The position numbers and the translations under genes are program-made. DNA of 51,947 nucleotides, filler included, from Sphacelaria rigidula (Eukaryota), in assembly GCA_964200075.2 (NCBI GenBank). It is 4 parts of 4 records of this genome, joined end to end, with 100 filler letters (N's around TTAATTAATTAA, not from the genome) between each part and the next. Parts side by side here need not be neighbours in the genome. Positions count along the whole stretch, not along the records: positions 1 to 12,914 come from CAXNAA020003312.1; 3 more parts are not named here. One strand, 5' to 3'. Shown here in pieces: positions 1-12,010 of this stretch. Within the stretch, counting starts at the first letter, position 1; each line of letters starts with the position of its first letter. The notes beneath the pieces are model-generated. The model worked only from the letters and a program-made list of their open reading frames with translations, made no database searches and was not told where the DNA came from.

Positions 1-56
1 TTGGCCGTCCCCAATCGCACCCCCCCCTCGGGGCGGGGCGGGGGGGGGGGGGGGTG

Positions 57-89
<33 letters not shown>

Positions 90-114
90 GCCGTCATTTC
101 TCGATATGAGACCC

Positions 115-655
115 TCGAGGGGTGGCATACCTCTGACCTACTGCACCACACCCCGCATATATTTTTATGAGAAGTGGCGGGTGCTAGGGGCGTGGGTGGG
201 GGAACTGGGTGCTTCAAATCCCAATGATTAGGTTGACAGGTGTAGCCGGATTTCTGAAAATACAGTTGGCTCGCGTGTTGGGAGTACCTTCCTGGATTCG
301 GAACAAGGCTGAATATTATTTCGAGATGTGGGTACGAGTTTGACTTGGAATCATGAAGATCCAATTGGTGTGATGAGAACAGTACCAGTCAGCGGGCTGA
401 GGCTTGGAGCTTTCTCAAGACGGCGCGAAGTGCTACAAGGGGGAAAGTAGTAAAATATCATTTCATGCAATCAATATCCTGTGTACGTTGCATCACTCCT
501 GAAGCGAAATGCAACGGCTTGCAGAGGCCTGAATATCCTTTCATAGTGGTTATCAGCCGACGTCCTTTTCTTTTTCTTTCCAAGGGTGAAGTAAGCGGGG
601 GACAGCAGGGGCATGTGGGGGGTGGTGCAGTAGCTGAGAGATATACCACCCCTTG
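115..655. mobile_element. Degenerate MITE-like element with ~45-bp imperfect TIRs
   Basis: 115-160 (cgaggggtggcatacctctgacctactgcaccacaccccgcat) is an imperfect reverse complement of ~612-655 (atgtggggg..tggtgcagtagctgagagatataccaccccttg). No TSD identified. Confidence 0.55.
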
Positions 656-1107
656 GAACGACAGTAATGAAAACAATAGTACAGCTGGCGTGTGTTGGAA
701 ACACGTACTGTATGTACTGCTAGGTTACACCTCGTTCGACAAATATTGCGAAACCACCCCGAGGAATGTGCGTAACGGCCTCATTCCAAATGCACTGCTC
801 GGAAAGTCGACACTGGCCGCATTGCATTCCTGCAGTTTATTGTTCTTGGGCGGATTTGGAGTGACCAGCCAGGAAATAAGAGAAATAATGAACAGGCGTA
901 TGGCGATGAAAATCACCGCCACATGGGTGCTACTTGCAACGTAATGCTGGTGCACGAGTCATCGTAAGGTCAACCTCTTACTACCCCATCATTCTACATT
1001 ACGTTGGCACTTGTAGGTATCTTGATGAATGTTCCTACTGCACCCCTACTCTATGTCTCGTCATGCCTCCGTCCCCGAACAAAATGGGGCGTACCGTGTC
1101 CGCATAG

Positions 1108-1369
1108 CCTTCCCTGGCTGGCGCGGGTGGTGGCGGGAGCAAGAGAATAAACCCAAGGCAATTCAATGAAAGTATGAGGAAGCCGTCCATGCGGTTCGGG
1201 CGAGCGGGGACCGCTACTTCTTCAAGATTTGGAGCGGACACGTTGCTGGGTGGAGGTAACAGCGAGGATGACGAGGAGGATGAGCGCCCTGGTGCAGATG
1301 GGGCGGAGAGCAGAAGACGAGAACAAGCGAAGTCGTCCACGGAGCGACGAAGAAGGCAATCGAGCTCCG
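1108..1369 (+). CDS. SEC3: Sec3-like gene, internal exon a (low complexity, PSLAGAGGGG...RRRRQSSSG)
   Basis: catag| acceptor and |gtaagc donor. Open frame of ORF 1174-1440. Ends in phase 1, matching the next exon. Upstream exons were not identified. Confidence 0.7.
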
Positions 1370-2010
1370 GTAAGCTTCCGGATTATTTGTCGCCGCCATG
1401 TGCTTCCAGGAAGGATTGGGGTTGGTTGCTCGTGAGTTGATTGAGATAGATGTTGGAAAACGAGACACACATTCGGCTTGGTTTGTGTTTGCGGGACGGG
1501 ATTGCGGTTTTGCGAGCTATGCGATAATGAAATAGGTTTGAGGTTCCAAGAGGACGATAAGAATGTGCGTGGGGGAGGGAGAAACAAGTAGGCGATGGAG
1601 CGATGACAAACGCAGGTCTCCGGGCTCCGAGCAGCGTTTAGTTGTGTGGGATCTCGGCGCAATGGTTGAGCTCGGGTCAGGGTCTCGAAGTGCGAGTCTC
1701 GCCTAGAATTACGGTTAGGGTTGGGGTTGGACCTCCGTTTGGATTTAGGGTGCTGTATGACGGAAGTTGATGGTATGGGCAAATGCAAGAGAAGGAAGCC
1801 GTCCGCCGAGCAACATATGATATTTTTACTTGGATTCCGATTGACGTTTCGGTCGGCTGCAGGACTTGAGGACTCGGCTTAGGGCTCGAGATTGAAAAGC
1901 AGGGGGAGGGAACGGAAGTATTTAAGATCATGGGATGGAGGCGGGGATTTTCTGGCCTGTAGCGTTTCCGTTCTGCTGAAGCCCTTGTTGTTTTTGCCGA
2001 AAAACTGCAG

Positions 2011-2231
2011 GCAGAGATCCATCACAAGAAAGAAGGACTGGACGATCCCCTTCGTTGGGACCCCGCGGTACCGCAGACTCTTCCCGAGATGTGAAGCCGC
2101 AAACTCGGAGCACCCGACGTCCGAGCAAAACAGACAAGAAGGGCGGTAGACGAGCAGCGGCGCCAGTCGGCGTAGTACCATCCATGACGGATGCTGCTCT
2201 CAGGGAGATCATCGAGACTGCTCTCAATGAG
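2011..2231 (+). CDS. SEC3: Sec3-like gene, exon b (...TDAALREIIETALNE)
   Basis: Pyrimidine tract then ctgcag| acceptor, gag|gtatct donor. Phase 1 in, phase 0 out. Frame of ORF 2055-2381. Confidence 0.75.
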
Positions 2232-2377
2232 GTATCTCATGGAAATCTGCGTGTTGCGGTCATTGTATCGGAGAATTTTTCGAGGCTGGAGTCTTTGTCA
2301 GTTCACCGGTTGTTTTTCCCTCGTCGTATTTCATTTCACTCTTGGTCTCTCGAGTTTTGTCTGCACGACAGATGTTT

Positions 2378-2570
2378 TTGATTGATTGATTGTCGCACTT
2401 TCAACGAACCCCGGAGTCATGACTCCGCAGTGGTCATTATCCACATGATAGACTTCCCCGGGACAAAAAAAACTGAAACACTCGCTGAAGAAAATGAAGG
2501 AAGAAAAAACAACAGAAAAGGTACAACAGACCAACAGAGTAAACAAAAAAACGAGAAAAGAGTTTTTGTG
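2378..2570 (-). mobile_element. Retroposon (SINE/LINE-tail) family 1 copy with (CAAT)n tail
   Basis: + strand reads gattgattgattgtcgcacttt...gtggtca...aaactgaaacactcgctgaag. Homologous copies lie at ~4485-4720, ~7240-7400 (partial), ~8620-8840, ~9370-9520, ~10858-10985, ~35480-35600 and ~37630-37860, with an opposite-strand tail at ~15450-15560. Confidence 0.7.
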
Positions 2571-3220
2571 AAGAGTATTTTGCCTCGGGGTACGTTTGTC
2601 TATCTTGTAATCCAGGAGGGAGAGGGATTACCAGCGGATTAATTAAATATACAAACATCTACACAATCGATCGATCAAGCGATGGGTGGATGGATCCGAT
2701 TGTAAGATTGATATTGGTAGCATGTAATGGTCCAAGTTTGGGCGTTCATCCAGTCGTTCGTACGATGGCCAAGGCGTTAGAGAGTATGCGCTACAGTACC
2801 TGTGGGCAGTTTCTTGTTTCGTCGTACATGTCGGGCCTGCTGAAGTTGTTGTCGTTATCGCACTATGCGCAAACGTTGGACTTCTGCTGTAGTAATGCTC
2901 ACCAGTAATCACGTTTGATTTTTCTGCTGGGTCTGTTCCGTTGGTGGTATAGGATGCACTGCGTGTACAACCGCACTTGTGTTCATTTTCATTTTGTGTT
3001 GGAGGCACTTGTATGTGCCATTGTTTACCTGGCGGTGAAATGTCGCACAAGCTACCACAGTTACACTTACCTTCAACGTGTATCTCCGGCTGATCCGCCG
3101 GAGTTCTCCGTTCGGTTCTGAACTACCTTGGTCGTGCGACTGGTCGATTCGAAATACATTGACTAAAAAATGGTTCCACACTTGGTTCCGACCTGCGTGT
3201 GGTAATTCTGCGGTAAACAG

Positions 3221-3282
3221 GAGCAGAACGCGAGAGCTCCCATGCTGAAGATCTCCACGTCACAGGCCCCGTCACCTCTCAA
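3221..3282 (+). CDS. SEC3: Sec3-like gene, exon c (EQNARAPMLKISTSQAPSPLK)
   Basis: aaacag| acceptor, aa|gtcagt donor. Phase 0 in, phase 2 out, which is needed to join exons b and d in frame. Confidence 0.6.
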
Positions 3283-3394
3283 GTCAGTATACTCCTTTAC
3301 ATGGATGTTGAATGTTGGGTACTAGCGCAGTGCTGGTGCTGTGCTGGCATTCTGGGGTTGATGTAATGCTGTGTCGTAGTACATCCTTCCTAAA

Positions 3395-3520
3395 GTGGTG
3401 GTAGTAGTAGAACGAGTAGTAGTAGTAGTACCGGCAGTCGTAGTAGTAGAAGTAGTAGTAGTAGGTGATACGCGATACGTGATACGTGATGAGTGGTAAA
3501 TAGCGGCAGCAGCAGTTGTA
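3395..3520. repeat. Imperfect (GTA)n microsatellite, intronic
   Basis: Direct reading of the sequence. Confidence 0.85.
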
Positions 3521-3748
3521 GAAGTGTTGGAGTACTGTGCATTTGGGAGTCAGTGAAGCGTACCTCAAGTGTTCGCGTTGTGGGCATTATTACTGGTGTT
3601 GAGTGTTGCACATGCCGGAATCAAAATGTCACAAGAGACAGGCCATACCCTCATGATCACCTACTTCTTGTACTGTTCCGAAATATGCTTCCTCCTCCCC
3701 ACTACTCCCATTGCTGTCCCTATTGTTGTCGCTGTTTCTCATCACAAG

Positions 3749-3869
3749 GGTGGCAATGATGGGGCGTGTCATTATACCTGGCTCCAAGGGCACCTCGGTG
3801 ACGAGTGGAACGAGTGGTCGAGATAAACCGCGGATCAGCCGTTCCAGAGTACACACCGTCTGCGTCGTG
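3749..3869 (+). CDS. SEC3: Sec3-like gene, exon d (VAMMGRVIIPG...RVHTVCVV)
   Basis: cacaag| acceptor after a pyrimidine-rich stretch, gtg|gtgaga donor. Phase 2 in, phase 0 out. Confidence 0.65.
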
Positions 3870-6338
3870 GTGAGACTCAATTTTGCACTCCGTTAGTAAT
3901 CAGTCTCATTGTTGACAACCCGGACCTTCGAACTTTCTGGGGGCTCCGAAGGCTTTGGTGACCTGGTACCTCACCTGACTTCTTGTTTGCTACTCAGTAG
4001 TCCAGCAGTTCCTCATCAGTCGTTAACGTTCTATTTTGAAGAAAGACTTGACGGCGGTACTATGTACACTTAGTTCGGAGCACTCTTCTTGCTTCCGCGG
4101 GCAGAGGAATCTCTCTACGGTTGGATTTTTCCCGCGAATCGAACTATGACCCTCCATGGATCAGTGAGCATTTTCTTGGAATGCGGAGGCGCGCGGTCAG
4201 GCTGCCGAATGAAACAATTCAAAGCACTCACCAACCGTCACTCGATTGACCTTGTATCCTGACACTTCACATGATGTGGATATATGATGTCGATGATGTT
4301 GATGTCAGTAACCGCTAGTCCAATCACACGATGGCTGCAGCTGTTATGCTGCGGACACTGTGGGCACGGTCCTGTTTCGTGGCGTTCGTGGTGAAGTTAC
4401 CCTGGTCATTGTGTTCTAGCTGGATTAGCTTTCCAGATATGAATATGCACTTAGAGTACCGCAAAATTGTTTGATTGGCTGATGGACCGATTGATGGGTT
4501 GATTGTCGCACATCGACATTAACTCCATCCGGTAGGACTCCAGCCGTGGTCATTCGACACGAAATAGACGTACCCTATTATATGAATAGGTGGACGAAAC
4601 GGCACCACTCTCAGGGAAGCTGGAGAAACGAGAAAGATGAAAAAAGACAGCAGGATAGAACGAATGGAGAAGAGTGGATTCCTGAGAAACTAAGAGAAAC
4701 GGAATTAAGAGACTACGCCGTATAAGACCCATATGTTTCATTCCACCCCCTGAATAACACCGCCGGGCGAAGATTTTTCGATTGTTTTTGGCACCATTAC
4801 CGTACCAGCACCAACAGTTCGGGGGGGGGGGGTCCCAGCGGGGGGTGGTGTGTGGCCAGCCAGGCGCGACTACATTATACAGGGACCTGGTACTATCGCA
4901 CCATTGTGGTGGTGTAGTGCAACCACTTGATACTAGTATAACGGATCGAACCTGTAACAATTGAGTTCAACCATACGGTGATGGGATGTCCATGGTAATA
5001 TATGGAGGTATGTCCGATACCGTCCCCTCAAACCAGCAGCCTCACGTGACGTGGTGCGTCTTGGGGTGCCAAGAACTCACATCCCTAGCTTTTTCCGTTC
5101 CGTATAATCTACGGTATGTGGCTCTCGCCTGAAAGCGATGTTGTACATCTTCGAATCGTCATATTCCATCAGGAATGGCGAAGAGTCGCCTCGCACTGTG
5201 CACTCGTCATGGTCAACCCTCCAAATGGGGAGCAAAAGTTGACACATAGGAAGGAGCAGAATATCTGTGGTCGGCCGATTCCCTTTGATGGGCTGATTCC
5301 CTGTTGTGTGGCACGGCTCAACCAGTCAGTATCCAGGCAGTTTCGAAGACCCATATCTTTTCATCTTCTCTCAACGTTAGTGTTCTGGGTGAAGTGTATA
5401 TCAAACCCTCACTCGAATACGCTTACGCTGATGATGGCCTAGCAGACTTGTGTTGAGGGAAGGAGGGAAGGAAGAAAGGGAGGGGGGGGGGAGGGGGGGC
5501 TTGTGACTGATGCCGAGATAGCCCCCCAACAAAAAGTGCACGGGAGACCGTTCGACAAACTGGCTGCGATCCCACAATTGGGCTCGTTTGCAGCATTTTC
5601 GCCCACATAAGAGGCGTGCAGCACTCCGAAATCAGCTATAACGCCCAAATGAGTCGCGTCGTGCAGCACGAAACCATCTCTGACGGCATTTATGATCATC
5701 GCCTCCGTGCACGTTTTTGGCCGGTTTGGGGGCAGGGACGGGGGCTATCTCGGCAGCAATCTTGTCTAGATGCGTCTGCGGTAAGACGCATCATACCGTT
5801 TAACCAGGGGACCAAAGTATCCCCCTTGTACAGGTGGAAATGGATATTGCTACGACCCTTCATATTCAACAGGAACCCACACCCCAACCTATGGGTCTGT
5901 GTGGTTGAGCTATGTGGAGCACCAGCTGTAGTGCTATTGAGCTTCGGAATAGTTAATTAGCAACTCCGCTGTTGTATCTCACCCCAACGGATTACTCAGG
6001 TCATGTGTGGAAACGGAAGAATACAGCGGGATAGTAGCAACTGGCTGTCTACAGTTAATGAGATATACAACGAGAAACGTTACGTGAAGAATTCTAGAAA
6101 CGGGTTCGGAAGGCTATCTATCATCAAATTTTTTGTTGGTGCCAACGTTGATGCATCCATCGTTCCAATGGAAGTGCAGGTGGAAAGCACACAAGTGACG
6201 AAGTGCTGATTAATTGAAGAGTAAATTTCCACGTTCAGTCAACCAAACGCCAGCACGTGTATCTTTTTGCTTTTTTTTTGTCTGATTTCTAATTTCGTTT
6301 TATTTCTTCCCGACTATTTTTCTCCCGATATGGTGAAG

Positions 6339-6438
6339 ATGGAAGAACGATCGCATCCATCCGGATCCTCTTGGGTGGGCCACCTGCGCGATGTTTCGGT
6401 GCATCCAGGCCCCGAGGGTGACGAGAAAAACACCACAG
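6339..6438 (+). CDS. SEC3: Sec3-like gene, exon e (MEERSHPSGSSWVGHLRDVSVHPGPEGDEKNTT)
   Basis: Long pyrimidine tract then gaag| acceptor, cag|gtaggt donor. Phase 0 in, phase 1 out. Confidence 0.65.
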
Positions 6439-9046
6439 GTAGGTGCATTTATCGTGTAACCTCCTTTATGTTGTGTATTTTTGCAGTCGTTTATACCCCT
6501 TTGATGATTAAAGACCTTTTGTTTTCGGTCACCTAGAGGTATGTATCGAATTGTTTCACACCTGACGAGTGTAACGCAATGATCCTGTCACTCGCAATAT
6601 TATTCATGTTATGGTAATCTGTCTGCAACTATATCATGTACTCTACTGTACGATATTCAAAGGTGCGCTAGTACTGTACTATTATACTCGCTGTGTTGAA
6701 CGCCCCCGGTCCCTACGGTACCTCATGTCTGTGGTCTGCAGATTGGAGCAGACATTGCTTTCCTGGGTCCCGTTTGGTATGTCGAGTCGCACGCACGCCG
6801 GGTTAACACGTTGTAACAGTCTGATTTATGTATTAAGTCATACTTATCACATTTGAACAGCCCGCACATGTTGTTCACTCCCTCCCCTCACAGCACAGGA
6901 TACGGTCGACGTACGTCAAGTGCCAGAGTAGTGGAATGAAGCAGTGTCCGAATGAGTCTCTGGGAGGGGGGAGGGGGGAGGGGTCATTTGTTGCTTGCCT
7001 TAGTCATTTGACCGTTGACCACGCATCCGTCAGAGAAGGAGCACCGTCCCTACTCCTAATAGGTATACTTCCACCTGCAACAGTCTCGAGGGGGGCAGGG
7101 AGATGATGACGTCATGTTCCAATTATTCGAGAGGGAAGGTAGCATATGTGTTGTTCTCTTGTCTTTTCATTGAAAACTATTCCGATCCCTGTGTAGTACC
7201 TTTCAACATTTGTGTTGGGCATCTGATGCGGACGCCTTCCGTGGTCGCAGGCTAACTACCCAAGATAAGGAAGATACAGGAAAAAAAGTATAAGGGAATC
7301 AGAGAAAAAATCAAAGAAAAAATCGAAATAGACCCTAGAAAAATCAACACAGACGCGATACAGTGAAAGAAAGAAGAAAAATAAGTCCAGGAGATCAGAT
7401 GCCGCAGGCGACCATTCGGGCTAAAGGAGAGAAAACCCCTCGCTCTCACTCGACAGGCGAGGCCAAGCGAAAATTGAACCAAAATCAAGAAGCGAAGAGT
7501 GCGTACAAAATATTGTAGAACTAAAATTGTCTATTTAGCAAAATGTAGACACCCCTCCCCCTCCGGCCAGCCCACACTCACTTACTCCACCCTGCCGACC
7601 TTACACGGGATGAGTCCGTAGTGACGTGACAAGATGACAAGGGATCAAGCCAACCATCTCCGCCCCGGCACCCGTGCATTCCATTGCCGTTGTCAACCAT
7701 TCGATCAGCACGCCTGCGGTTCGTTGACCTTTATGGCGTCATGTATTTTGCGAAATAATATTTTCTTGCGTTTCGGACGGCGGAAACCAGAAAATATACT
7801 TTCACTTATTGTCGGGATCTTCGTCCACAGTATTCACCCCAAGCTCGTGCGATTTTTGGTTTGGTCAGCGGTCCGCGACGGCAGAAGGACGTCTTCGTGT
7901 AGGTGTAGGTGTAGGTGTAGGAATGTGAGCTGTTGGTGTTTAGCAGAGGTTGTTACAGATACAACCAGCAAAAATGCGTGTGGACAGGGGCTCGTAGATA
8001 TAGGCACCATATACATGTAGGTGCATCTAGAAATCTCCCCGCTCTCCCCATGAAAGAGACATGGTCCAAACATGAAGCATCCACGGTACGGACGAATCAT
8101 AACCGGGTCGAATCACCAGACCCACGATTTCTTAGGCCTGATTGCTCAAAAGAGATAAAAAGATTGACCGCTGGTCGAAAGGGTCTCCACGCAATTTTTG
8201 CGCCATTCCACGTGTCTGGGCTGCGTGTACCTGGGTTGCAACGCTGAAAACAAAGTCTAGGGATTGATTCATGCGGTACGAATCGATTACACTAAAACTG
8301 AGTAATTTTCAGACGAATCATTCATCCGTGCGACCCTTTGAAGCATCCCAGACTTTTTGACGCGTGAGCACACCGCCATGGTACACTACACTTTCAGCGC
8401 TCTCCAGACCCCTCCTTTCCAAGGAGGACCAGAAAGCCACCACAGTTACAGGCACGTCTATTTTGATACACATTGCAGACATGCGTGGGTGTATTGCAGG
8501 TGTATTTGCTGTTTCGAGCGTGGGTATCGGAGGCGTGTTGTGGTATGTGTGGTATGGGCATGCATGCGTGTTCCGAACACGAGTGATTGTAAGGAGCAAT
8601 CACAACAGGGCAGGATGTTTCTGATTGATTGCTTGATCCATTGATTTATTGTCGCATATGAACATTATCCAATACACTTTGAATCCAGCTGTGGTCATTA
8701 GCCAGTCATTAGACACAAGATAGGCGTACCCACGGTGAAAAAACATGCGCAGTTGCTGGAGGAAACGCAAGAACGAAGGAAAGATTATAGCGGACATGAT
8801 GGTATAACACAGGAAACTGAACGCGAGAAACCTGTTGAGACATGTAGAGCAACATTCCGCATTCCACATGACGAAAACTAAACGCCTGGCATGCGCAGTA
8901 GTTCGAAGCTAACCACCGTGCCACCGTTAATTTCTGATTTTCGTTGACTTCGCCGATCATTGAAAAAAATGCGATTTCGTGGTTCACCTTTACCTTCAGC
9001 GTGTTGTTGTGGATTCAGGCATCTAGTTGTGATGTCAACATACTGC

Positions 9047-9306
9047 AAGGGTTGGGCGAATCATGGCTGATTTGAATGACCAAATCTACAATTTCTGAGG
9101 TCTGATTGCTTGCAAGAGGGTAAAAAGTTGACCGCGGGTCGACAAAGTCTCTACGCAAACATTGCGCTGTTCCACGCGCCCGAGATAAGCGTACCTGGAG
9201 TGCAACGCTGAAAACAAACGCAAGGATTGATTGATTCGTACGGGACGAGTCAATGATACTACAAGGAAGTAAGTTCACGACGAATGGTTGTTCGTCCTGA
9301 CCCTTG
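9047..9306. mobile_element. ~260-bp MITE family with CAAGGGT(C/T)GG-type TIRs
   Basis: Ends caagggttgggcgaa / ttcgtcctgacccttg. Homologous copies at ~8100-8340 and ~34777-35020 share ttgaccgcgggtcga...caacgctgaaaacaaa...gattgattcgt. Confidence 0.65.
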
Positions 9307-9950
9307 GTATGTTGCGTTGATTGGTGGAATGGTTGGTGGGGGCACATGAGGTGATCCTCGGGGTAGTAGTCATGATCCAGTCGTGGTCAGTATCCACAAT
9401 ATAAAGGTACGCAAGGTGAACAAAACGGAAACATTCGCCGAAGGAAATAAAGGAGAATACAAGAAAAAACATGGATACTGTAGAACAAATTGAGCAGAGT
9501 GAGCAAATATAAGAAGGAAGTCAAAGGAAAGACGACAAGCAAGAGGGAAAGCATACCATGGAAAACTATGCATGCGCGACGTAATTTGGGACAATAACGT
9601 GATCAGAGATGCTGACGCTAGCTTGTCGTTCTAGATCATGTTCAAGAACGGTCTATGCCACAGTATTGTCTTGCTTCACAGGTAGGTCAAAAGGCATGAC
9701 GGGCATTTCTGACTGGTTTGTTCGGTATTTGCCGGAAATGTTTGGCTTGATGATAGGACGATGCGAGTGCTGCTTGCGTTGCATATGTTTCTGGTTGTTG
9801 TGTAACGTGACCAAAGCACGCCGAACGCTCAATATTCATCATTCAATCGGTTGAACGTGTGGAATATGACGTTGCGGGGGTGCTACTGTGTACTGACCGG
9901 GGTGCCGTAATCGCTGTGGACACCACCCATCTCCCCCTGGTGTACCCCAG

Positions 9951-10050
9951 TGACGACAAGCCGGAGCTGGAGCATGAAGGCGGTCTGTGGAGTGGAGAAG
10001 CGAGATAAGGAAGGTGCAGCGTTCACGCTTATATTCGAGGCCGGCGGCAG
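9951..10050 (+). CDS. SEC3: Sec3-like gene, exon f (VTTSRSWSMKAVCGVEKRDKEGAAFTLIFEAGG), PH-like domain
   Basis: ccccag| acceptor, ag|gtacgg donor. Phase 1 in, phase 2 out. The W-x-[ML]-x-x-[VL]-x-x-V-[ED]...F-x-L-x-F pattern is typical of the Sec3 PIP2-binding PH-like domain (recognised by eye). Confidence 0.7.
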
Positions 10051-10519
10051 GTACGGTAGCACTAGAAGGGAAAACCGTTGAAGCGGGGATCCCAGCGCAG
10101 TGCGATCCCTTATCCCTTCGACCTTCGACCACCAGACCTCCCTTCGGAACAATACATCCGCCTGACATTCACATAGAGTTGCATACTCAGACGCACACAC
10201 ACAGAATGAAATATGAGGGAGAAGAAGGAATGGGAAGAAGCAACATTCCCGAGATAGATCTACTGTAGTATTGGTCCTGCTGAAAAAAGATGGAGGAGAG
10301 GAGAGACGAGGGCTAAACATTATAAACATTAGTACAAATGGGCGGGAGGCCCCACCACAATGTACCCAAGCCGGGTGAGCAAATCATTCACTCTTACGGC
10401 ATGACTCATGCGCACGTGTTTTGTCCACCACCTAGGATTCGACCGAAAGACGTGGCTGGAAGCTGGATTTGTCTGATCCGTTTATGAAGTTTCCCCGACC
10501 GATTTGGAGTGTTGAGTAA

Positions 10520-10836
10520 TGAGGAATAATGATGGTTCGATTGTCACCATTGGAGTGGAGAGAACGGAGGTGCGATTCCCGATGCGTTGATGTTTTTCTC
10601 GTGAAAATCTGATTTCCACCGTCGGAAGCGTTAGAACGTGTGTGAACAAAAAGTGCTTGACTTGACTGACTTTGTTTGACGAAAGACGACGCGGTGCGGG
10701 AGTTGTAATGGCCATGAGTCCATCCGCGATACCAAAATGCAAGACTTGTACCGAGGAGAGATAGAGCGAGAGATGCATTGATCCCTTGGCTACGGAATTC
10801 GTCTCGAGGAAGGAAGGGGGTTGGAAGTGTGACAAT
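10520..10836 (+). mobile_element. tRNA-derived SINE family 2 copy (5' eroded)
   Basis: Aligns by eye with 27591-27886 and 28176-28492. Ends aagtgtgacaatc, tail-to-tail with a family 1 copy. Confidence 0.65.
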
Positions 10837-11727
10837 CGAACAACAAATTGGTTGATTTTTCATTGATTGTCGCACTTTAAGTGACCCCCCAGGGATCCCA
10901 GCCGTGATCACATGACAGATGTACCCAAGACAAAATAAAACTGAAACATTCGCTGAAGGAAAGTCAGGGGCAAATATAGTGTACGCGAAATGATTTGTAT
11001 TCCTTGAAACCACGTCTCTTGTTGTGTAGAAGGTGGAACATACACAGTGGTTCGTCTCGGACTCGCTTTCTTCTTCCTCTTCTTCCTCTTCTTCTCCTTC
11101 CAGTTTCCACTGTTTTCCTCGAAACAAGTTACGTAGCTATTTCGAAATTGCAGCTGGAGAGATTTATCAGTTTTGAGTAGGTGTGGCGGCATCACTCAAA
11201 AGCCGAGTTTAACGTCCCATCGGTGGCGACAATTTCATCTCGTTATCATTTTTCCGACGGTTGATCGGAATTCGTCCTCATCGTACATATACGGGTGGTC
11301 CTATTTTAGCAGCTACTGCAGGTGCTGGCGTTCCTACTGAGTGAGGTCCGCAGCCCTGGGCACTAGGACAAACTCTCATACACATACTTTTACCCATTCA
11401 CATTAGACTCACACCCGCGGTCGAAGCGTCGACGACCACAAGATTCACACGTTTTTTTTTTCGTCAAACGAGTTGAATACTGATTTTTGTTCCCTCAGTT
11501 GAAAACAAAATCATCATGTTCTCCTGTATTTGTTTCCACAGTAATTGAGAGGTATTTGCGACGGATTTATTTCTTGAAAATATGGGTGATGGCATATCCC
11601 AATACGACAAGCAACATGAACATGCTCCTCCGTTTTGTCTTTTGCAGTGGATGATGACGTACATGTGCACTTCATGAACACGGTGAAATGATATGAACAT
11701 GTCCTTCTTCCCTATTGTTTGACGCAG

Positions 11728-11869
11728 TGGTGCAGCGGGGAGAGAAAGCGTGTACACCTGGGAAGGCGTTTCGACCTCTGCCTGCGATGAAATTCTGTGG
11801 GGGCTACTATCGCTGCACAGGGCTACCAGGGCGAACGACGCTTTGGAGGCCGTCAATGTCACCCTTAAG
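11728..11869 (+). CDS. SEC3: Sec3-like gene, exon g (SVYTWEGVSTSACDEILWGLLSLHRAT...AVNVTLK)
   Basis: gacgcag| acceptor, phase 2 in. The Y-x-W strand followed by an amphipathic helix completes the Sec3-type PH fold. The 3' end is uncertain: GC donor at 11870, a weak GT, or stop TAG at 11888-11890. Confidence 0.65.
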
Positions 11870-12010
11870 GCACGATCCTCGCCGTACTAGATTTGACGCG
11901 CGTGGCCCGCGATCACTAGCTGTCATTCGTCACCCTCGAAATTCTCATAATTCTTCAGTGCCCGCGAATGGGTACCTGAGCCTTGCCGCGATTTTCCAGA
12001 TGAATAAAAA

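Noticed and set aside
1..90. Poly-G tract and Gly-rich ORF 1-231; also poly-A/poly-G at 13020-13107
   Set aside because: Homopolymers at contig ends, probably low-quality sequence.
6899..6940. Extra Sec3-like exon after cacagcacag
   Set aside because: Reading through hits stops in the needed phase, and exons e and f already join in frame; a micro-exon cannot be excluded.
10432..11127. Long ORFs such as 10432-11127(-), 50164-50817(+) and 43063-43743(-)
   Set aside because: They run across SINEs, tandem repeats or antisense to LINE sequence, with no protein motifs.
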